Shown piece by piece: positions 1-5,301 of a DNA stretch of 10,225 nucleotides (positions are counted from its first letter, which is position 1; every line of letters begins with the position of its first letter). Origin of the DNA: Myxococcota bacterium (GTDB lineage Bacteria > Myxococcota > JACRCW01). The notes under the pieces are model-generated. The model made no database searches. It was not told where the DNA came from and saw only the letters and a program-made list of their open reading frames with translations. The stretch covers positions 1 to 10,225 of the forward strand of contig JBFMGU010000335.1 in NCBI GenBank assembly GCA_040752415.1, written 5' to 3'. Both the position numbers and the translations under genes were made by a program.

Positions 1-237
1 CCCGTCGCCGTCCGGCGGCTCCAGCGAGAGATCGTCGGTGGGGTCGAGCGGATTGAGGCCCAGGCCCACCTCCACGCCGTCGGAGACGCCCCCGCCGTCG
101 CTGTCCGCCAGCAGCGGGTCGGTGCCGCGGGTCACCTCGTCGCCATCGGAGAGGCCGTCGCGGTCGGTGTCCGGGTGGTACGGGTCCGTGCCCAGCAGCG
201 CCTCCTGCGCGTCGGTGAGCCCGTCACCGTCCTGGTC
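1..237 (-). repeat. Tandem ~22-aa DxDxDG-L/V-x-D-x-x-E...GTDP/GLNP repeats (bacterial TSP3-like) within the CDS
   Basis: Three units are visible: DQDGDGLTDAQEALLGTDPYHP, DTDRDGLSDGDEVTRGTDPLLA and DSDGGGVSDGVEVGLGLNPLDP. A further DGDG begins at the window edge. Confidence 0.85.
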
Positions 238-1602
238 ACGCACGCGCACCACCAGGTTCATGGAGCTGCGGCGCAGGTTGTTGCTGGAGGTGACGCCGGT
301 GATGACCGCGCGCTCCTGCCACGGCGGCGTCACCTGCCCCACGGTGGCCACCGCGCAGATGTGCCGCGTGTTGCCCGGCGCGGTGGGCCCCACGTTGGGG
401 CTCCCGTCGCCGTCGGGGTCCACCAGCGCCACCGCGTCGGAGAGACTCCCGTCGCCGTTGGGGTCCTCGTAGAAGGTCCACGCCAGCGTGGCGCCGCTCA
501 CGCGCAGGTTGGGATTGTCCAACGCAATGCCGCGCGCGGAGACGTCAAAGCACATCGTCACCGTGTCGCCGGGGCTGGCGTCCTGCGTCAGCAGCGAGGG
601 CGTGAGTCCCACGCCGGCGCGCGGGGCACGCGTGGGCGGGTTGTCGCCGGTGGAGTAGTGGGGGAAGAGCTGCGCGTCGTCGAGGGTGGTGGGGCGGAAG
701 ATGAACTGGTTGCCGCCGTTGAAGTTGGTGATGTCCACGCGCCACCAGCCGGCCGGGACCTGCGTGGCACCCCCCACGGGATTGACCACGTCACCACAGG
801 GCGCGGTGGGCGTGGTGCAGGTGTCGTCGACAGCCAACGAGCCCCGGTTCCAGCGCCCCTGCCCCACCGACGGGGTGCCGGTGTAGCTGCTGCCGCCGGG
901 CGCCGTGTACACCACCCCGGCTGTGGCGCGGTCCATGTCGAAGTTGAACAGGCGCAGGCCGTTGATGCCGGGCGGGACGAAGAACCAGAAGCGCTCCGAG
1001 AGGTTGCTGCCGGTGGGGTACTGGTAGCTGGACCGTAGGATGGGAAGCTCATTGCTCTCCGCCACGCCCGCGTCCGGGGTGACGCGCAGCTTCCAGTAGT
1101 TGTCGTCGTCACTCTCCCCCGCTGGCGCCCCCGGAGCGCCGGTCCACGCCTCAAACAGGTACACCCCGTTGCCGAACTGGCCAGTGGTGAAGGTGAATGC
1201 GGTGACCCACGCGCCGTCTCCCTGCCCCGGAGTGAAGCTGACGGTGCCCACCTCCACCCCGTCGGGGTTGGTGAGGCGGTAGTAGGTGGTGTCGTCGGCG
1301 TTGCGCACCTCGTCGAGCTGGTTGCCGCCGACGGGACGCGAGCTGTCCGGGTCAAACAACTCCACGACGATGGGCGTGGTGGAATCAAAATCCTCGGCAA
1401 TGTCGATGAGGATGGCGTGCGTGGTCTCGCCCCCGTTCTGCGTCGCCGTGGCGCTGTACCAGTCCCCGATGCCGACGGCGGCGTTGCGCCCCGTGGTCTG
1501 GATGAGCAACGTGCTGGATGCCGTGGGCACCTCCAGCGCGGAGACCGGTCCCGCCGCCAATGCCAACGCTGCCGTCACCGCCCAACGCATTCTGCTCAAC
1601 AT
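1..1602 (-). CDS. Secreted multidomain surface protein with bacterial thrombospondin type-3 (TSP3)-like Ca2+-binding repeats; partial, continues past the left edge
   Basis: Manual translation from ATG at 1602 (GGAGGT Shine-Dalgarno 6 nt upstream) is open for 534 codons to position 1. It begins with a signal-peptide-like MLSRMRWAVTAALALAAGPVSA. It ends ...DQDGDGLTDAQEALLGTDPYHPDTDRDGLSDGDEVTRGTDPLLADSDGGGVSDGVEVGLGLNPLDPTDDLSLEPPDGDG. Third codon positions are strongly G/C. Not in the ORF track because there is no stop in the window. Confidence 0.9.
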   Translation of the reverse strand, partial: MLSRMRWAVTAALALAAGPVSALEVPTASSTLLIQTTGRNAAVGIGDWYSATATQNGGETTHAILIDIAEDFDSTTPIVVELFDPDSSRPVGGNQLDEVRNADDTTYYRLTNPDGVEVGTVSFTPGQGDGAWVTAFTFTTGQFGNGVYLFEAWTGAPGAPAGESDDDNYWKLRVTPDAGVAESNELPILRSSYQYPTGSNLSERFWFFVPPGINGLRLFNFDMDRATAGVVYTAPGGSSYTGTPSVGQGRWNRGSLAVDDTCTTPTAPCGDVVNPVGGATQVPAGWWRVDITNFNGGNQFIFRPTTLDDAQLFPHYSTGDNPPTRAPRAGVGLTPSLLTQDASPGDTVTMCFDVSARGIALDNPNLRVSGATLAWTFYEDPNGDGSLSDAVALVDPDGDGSPNVGPTAPGNTRHICAVATVGQVTPPWQERAVITGVTSSNNLRRSSMNLVVRVRDQDGDGLTDAQEALLGTDPYHPDTDRDGLSDGDEVTRGTDPLLADSDGGGVSDGVEVGLGLNPLDPTDDLSLEPPDGDG

Positions 1603-1608
1603 GACGCC

Positions 1609-1614
1609 ACCTCC
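1609..1614 (-). promoter_or_regulatory. Shine-Dalgarno site of the TSP3-repeat gene
   Basis: The minus strand reads GGAGGT-ggcgtc-ATG. Confidence 0.8.
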
Positions 1615-1797
1615 ATGCACACCGGCGCACTGTAGCCGCGCCACGACGGAATGTTCATTCCCCAACCGGGTAGGCCCGAGTGGGTGTGCTCGTCGTCACC
1701 GGGGGGGTGCGCACAAGTCCGCGAAAGCTGTAGCGCACCAACCGGCGGCACCGTGCGTTCTGCCAACGACCGCCGCGGCGTGGTAGGCACTCCCACC

Positions 1798-2850
1798 ATG
1801 GTTTCCGCGCCTGATCCGCACGCCGTGCTGCCCGCCTGGGGCGTGAGCTCCGCCGCAACACTGACCCCGGTGCAAGGTGGCCTCATCAACAAGACCTTCC
1901 TGGTGGATGAGGGTCCACGCCGACTGGTGCTCCAGTACGTGAATCCCATCTTCAAGCCACCTGTCCATCTGGACATCGACGCGATCACCGCGCACCTTGA
2001 GGCCACCGGGATGCGCACCCCGCGCCTGGTGCGCACGCAGCAGGGCGAGCTGTGGGCCACCGACACGGCGGGCAACGTCTGGCGCGCCTTGACCTTCCTG
2101 CCTGGCCGCGTGGTGCAGACGGCGCAGTCCGCGACGGTGGCGCGCGCCGCGGGGGCCCTGGTGGCGCATTTCCACCGCGCCGTCTCCACGTTGAAGCACA
2201 CCTTCCACTTCTCCCGCCCCGGCGCGCACGACACCCCCGAGCACCTCCGTCGCCTGGAACGTGCGTTGAAGGACTTTCCCACCCACTCCAATTACGCGTC
2301 CGTGGCGCCGGTGGGAGAAAGAATCCTGGCCCTGGCGGCGCGCCTGGAGAGCCTGCCGGAGGTGCCCCGGCGCATCATCCACGGTGACCTCAAGATCTCG
2401 AACCTGCTGTTCAACGACGAGCTCACCGAGGGCGTGGCGCTGCTGGACCTGGACACCTTGGCGCAGCTCACCATCCCCATCGAGCTGGGCGACGCGTTCC
2501 GTTCCTGGTGCAACCCCGCGGGCGAGGACGCCAGCGAGGTCACCTTCAGCGCGGAGCTCTTTGAAGGCGCCATCCGCGGCTACGCGCGCGCCGCCGAGGG
2601 GCTGCTCACGCGCGAGGAGGTGGACTCCCTGGTGCTGGGCACACAGACCATTGCGCTGGAGCTGGCCGCGCGCTTCTGCGCCGACGCCCTGAACGAGAGC
2701 TACTTCGGCTGGAACCCGCAGAAGTTCCCCTCACGCTCCGAGCACAACCGCATCCGCGCGCTCTCCCAGCTCCACGTGGCGGAGAGCGTCGCGGCGCAGC
2801 GTGCGGGCCTGGAGCGCGTGGCGCAGGAAGCGTTCTCCCGGCACGGCTGA
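1798..2850 (+). CDS. Phosphotransferase of the APH/choline-kinase fold, most like the N-acetylhexosamine 1-kinase (NahK)/MdsC family, ~350 aa
   Basis: Motifs: GGLINKTF (Gly-rich loop), VLQYVNPIF, catalytic IHGDLKISN, LLDLDT, ELGDAFRSW, ELAARFCADAL..SYF and HNRIRALSQ. ATG 1798 is preferred over the track start 1651 because family-like sequence and coding-like composition begin just after it. No clear SD. Confidence 0.85.
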   Translation: MVSAPDPHAVLPAWGVSSAATLTPVQGGLINKTFLVDEGPRRLVLQYVNPIFKPPVHLDIDAITAHLEATGMRTPRLVRTQQGELWATDTAGNVWRALTFLPGRVVQTAQSATVARAAGALVAHFHRAVSTLKHTFHFSRPGAHDTPEHLRRLERALKDFPTHSNYASVAPVGERILALAARLESLPEVPRRIIHGDLKISNLLFNDELTEGVALLDLDTLAQLTIPIELGDAFRSWCNPAGEDASEVTFSAELFEGAIRGYARAAEGLLTREEVDSLVLGTQTIALELAARFCADALNESYFGWNPQKFPSRSEHNRIRALSQLHVAESVAAQRAGLERVAQEAFSRHG

Positions 2851-2857
2851 GGAGGGG
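2849..2857 (+). promoter_or_regulatory. Shine-Dalgarno site of the carbon-nitrogen hydrolase, overlapping the kinase stop codon
   Basis: tGAGGAGGGGaccATG; the stop (2850) and start (2861) are 10 nt apart. Confidence 0.75.
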
Positions 2858-2860
2858 ACC

Positions 2861-3985
2861 ATGGTGCTGGCTGCGCTGACGTTGCTGGCGATGTGCCCCG
2901 CGGCGGGCGGCGTCGTGGTGGGCGTGCAGGCGCACATGACGCAGGCGGACTACCGCAGCGCGGAAGCCTTCCAGGCGGCGCTGGAGCGCAACCTGGCGCC
3001 GGCCGTGCAGCAGCTGCAAGGCGCCGAGACGCGCATTGTGGTCTACCCCGAATACATCGGCTCCTGGCTGGTGGCGGTGGGTGAACCCGACGAGGTGTTC
3101 TCCGCGCCGGACATTGGCAACGCCATGGAGGCGGTGATTGCCGAGCACGCCTGGGAGTTCCTCACCGGGCTGGTGCGGTCGTACCTCGTCGACGACGGGG
3201 TGACCGGCCTGGAGGGCCATGCGCGTCGCACCATCTTCCGCATGAAGGCGCCCGCCGCACTGGAGGCGTACGTGCAGGCCTTCAGCAGCGTGGCGCGCAA
3301 CCACGCGGCGTACGTGGTGGCCGGCAGCATCCTCCTGCCCGCGCTCCAGGTCTCCGACGGAAAAGCCACCCTCACCGAGACCGGCCTGCGCAACGTCAGC
3401 CTCACGTTCGACCCGCAGGGACGCATCATCCACCAGGTGGAGAAGGCGTTCCCCATTGCCGACGAGCAGCCGTTCGTCGACGCCATCCCCGCGCAGCGCA
3501 TCACCACCTTCCCCACCCCCGCGGGCAAGGTGGGCGTGCTCATCTGCGCCGACAGCTGGTTCCCCGACGCCTACGCGGCGCTCAAGCAGGCGGGCGCGGA
3601 CGTCGTGGTGGTGCCCAGCTTCTCCACGGACCCCAAGGTGTGGAACGGGCCGTGGAAGGGCTACAGCGGGTATCCCAACGCTCCCGACGTGGACGCCGCC
3701 GACGTGGGCAAGCTCAGCGAGCGCGAAGCGTGGCGGAAGTACGCCCTCAACGGGCGCATTGCCTTGGCGGACGCGCGCTACGGTGTGAACACGTTCCTCG
3801 TCGGGAAGCTGTGGGACCTGCACGGCGTGGGTGAGACCATTGCGGTGGTGCGTGGCCAGGGCGTGGTGCAGCAGGTGAAGGAGCAGGAGGCGGGCGGCAT
3901 CGTGGTGCTGGCCATGGACGGGAACGCGGCGCCGCCACAGGCCGGAATGCCCGCGCCACGAGAGGGGGCCGCCGCGCCGCGGTAG
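2861..3985 (+). CDS. Carbon-nitrogen hydrolase (nitrilase superfamily) protein, ~374 aa, with a hydrophobic N-terminal leader
   Basis: Glu-Lys-Cys triad motifs: IVVYPEY, RIIHQVEKAFP and VGVLICADSWFP. Also YVVAGS, RNVSLTFDPQG and AGADVVVVPS. Start chosen by the strong SD. N-terminus is MVLAALTLLAMCPAAGG. Confidence 0.9.
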   Translation: MVLAALTLLAMCPAAGGVVVGVQAHMTQADYRSAEAFQAALERNLAPAVQQLQGAETRIVVYPEYIGSWLVAVGEPDEVFSAPDIGNAMEAVIAEHAWEFLTGLVRSYLVDDGVTGLEGHARRTIFRMKAPAALEAYVQAFSSVARNHAAYVVAGSILLPALQVSDGKATLTETGLRNVSLTFDPQGRIIHQVEKAFPIADEQPFVDAIPAQRITTFPTPAGKVGVLICADSWFPDAYAALKQAGADVVVVPSFSTDPKVWNGPWKGYSGYPNAPDVDAADVGKLSEREAWRKYALNGRIALADARYGVNTFLVGKLWDLHGVGETIAVVRGQGVVQQVKEQEAGGIVVLAMDGNAAPPQAGMPAPREGAAAPR

Positions 3986-4029
3986 CGCGAGAGGAGGGGC
4001 TGCGTCAGAACGATTTGGACACGTGGCCC

Positions 4030-4254
4030 CTGACCGCTTCCAGCGGACCACGACCTGGAGTGCGGCGGGCCCTCGCCGGCCTGGCCAGCGCCGAGCGCGT
4101 TCACAGCGGGCCGTACGCCCTGGGACTCAATGACGTCGGGCGAGGCGTTGCCTCGTGGCGCGTGGAGCCTGGACGGTTGTCAAAACCGCTCGACGCTGAC
4201 CAGGGCGGCGAGGGCCCGCCGCACTCCAGGTCGTGGTCCACTGGAGGCGCTCAG
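4030..4254. repeat. Long inverted repeat (arms 4030-4097 and 4187-4254, 89-bp spacer); REPIN/MITE-like
   Basis: The left arm matches the reverse complement of the right arm at 62/68 positions with no gaps. Mismatches are at 4034, 4038, 4044, 4079, 4085 and 4091. The perfect 34-bp core ggaccacgacctggagtgcggcgggccctcgccg is at 4045-4078. The repeat itself is certain; the element class is inferred. Confidence 0.9.
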
Positions 4255-4346
4255 CACCAGATGGGCAACCTATCTTGACTCAGCCCCCATGGGGTGTTCG
4301 CCAGCCTCGCCGACACGGGCAGCCTGACCGTGACCCGACGCAGACG

Positions 4347-5288
4347 TCAGCCCACCGTGGCCAGACGCGCTTTGCGCTCCTTCGACGTCGCCACGCGCGC
4401 GCGGATGAACTTCTCCAGGCGCAGGTTCAACAGCTCCGGCTGCTCGACGAGACCCGCGTGGCTCCCGCCGGGAATGATGAGCAGCTCGCTGTCCGGGATC
4501 AGGTCATGCATCTTCCGCGACTGCGCAAGCGGCGTGTAGATGTCGCGCTCCCCGCCCACCACCAGCACCGGCACACCAATGGAGGAGAGGATGTCCTCGG
4601 CGGTGTGTCGTCCCATCTCGCGCGCCATGCGCATGAAGAGCCGCACGTCCACCTCGGCCAGGTGCTGCAGGTAGACCTTCATGTCGCGCTTGCGGATGGT
4701 GGTGCCGTTCACCATGCCGCTCAGCGCGGCGGCGGGCAGCGTGAGCTTGGAGCGGGAGGCCAGCCGCACCGTGGCCTGGATGGGATTGGGCAGCGTCTGC
4801 ACGACGGAGAATGCAAACGGGAAGACCTTGGACACCAGGTGCGTGTTGAAGAAGGTGTCAATGGCCCGGCCAAACGTTCCCAGCACCGGGACCAGCGCGG
4901 CCACGCGGTCGGGGTAGTTGCGGTAGGTCTCCAGCACCACCTGGCTGCCCATGGAGTGGCCCACCAGCACTGCTGAGCTGAAGCCCGCCGCGTCCATCAC
5001 CGCGCGCAGGTCCGCGGCATTGTCCTCCATGGTGACGGCGTCCTTGTGCGGCGGAGGTCCGCTGTCGCCGTGGCCGCGGTAGTCCCAGATGACCACCTCC
5101 GTCAGCGGCGCAAAGTACCGGACCATGTAGTGCCAGAAGAACGTGCTGCACCCCACGCCATTGCACAGCACCAACGGCGGCAGCCCGGAGGTGCGCGTGC
5201 CGTACAGCTCCCACGCCAGCGAGGTGCCATCCAACGACGTGGCGCGACCCGACCGCGCCGGGGGACCAAACAGCTCCGGGTAGCTCAT
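4347..5288 (-). CDS. Alpha/beta-fold hydrolase (esterase/lipase-like), ~313 aa
   Basis: LVLCNGVG oxyanion region, WDYRGHGDS, nucleophile elbow VGHSMG, acid in VVGGERD and His in GGSHAG. ATG at 5288 follows GAGAGGAAGG; GTG at 5294 is an alternative start. Confidence 0.92.
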   Translation of the reverse strand: MSYPELFGPPARSGRATSLDGTSLAWELYGTRTSGLPPLVLCNGVGCSTFFWHYMVRYFAPLTEVVIWDYRGHGDSGPPPHKDAVTMEDNAADLRAVMDAAGFSSAVLVGHSMGSQVVLETYRNYPDRVAALVPVLGTFGRAIDTFFNTHLVSKVFPFAFSVVQTLPNPIQATVRLASRSKLTLPAAALSGMVNGTTIRKRDMKVYLQHLAEVDVRLFMRMAREMGRHTAEDILSSIGVPVLVVGGERDIYTPLAQSRKMHDLIPDSELLIIPGGSHAGLVEQPELLNLRLEKFIRARVATSKERKARLATVG

Positions 5289-5301
5289 GCCCACCTTCCT
5301 C

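Noticed and set aside
1629..1658. Possible sigma70 promoter for the TSP3 gene (TACAGT with TGAACA 17 bp upstream, - strand); sigma54 motifs also sought in 1603-1797
   Set aside because: The -35 match is modest and cannot be verified from sequence alone. I found no convincing sigma54 -24/-12 motif.
38..1786. ORF-track entries over the left 1.8 kb (e.g. 175..1038 +, 588..1400 -, 1286..1786 +)
   Set aside because: All are alternative or antisense frames of the real 1602 to <1 gene, which has an SD, signal peptide and repeats.
1651..1797. N-terminal extension of the kinase in the ORF track
   Set aside because: It has non-coding-like composition and occupies the divergent promoter region. Family similarity starts after ATG 1798.
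1798..2850. Calling the kinase an aminoglycoside resistance gene
   Set aside because: It shares the fold only. The motifs (HGDLKISN, DLDT, RF.AD....YF) fit the NahK/MdsC-like branch better, and the substrate is unknown.
2801..2860. Upstream start of the nitrilase-family ORF
   Set aside because: It overlaps the kinase 3' end, and a strong SD supports ATG 2861.
2861..2896. Lipoprotein signal in the nitrilase-family protein (LAMC)
   Set aside because: Met at -1 does not fit the lipobox and there is no basic n-region.
2606..4051. 481-aa - strand ORF
   Set aside because: It is the antisense shadow of the nitrilase-family gene and has no recognisable domain.
4030..4254. CRISPR array or simple intrinsic terminator interpretation of the repeat
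   Set aside because: There are only two copies, inverted rather than direct, and no cas genes. The arms are too long for a terminator and lack U-tracts.
3778..4327. Short ORFs sharing GEGPPHSRSWS (3778..4104 -, 4015..4278 +) and 4130..4327 +
   Set aside because: The shared peptide is a by-product of the DNA inverted repeat. The starts are poor, the SD spacing is wrong and codon usage is not coding-like.
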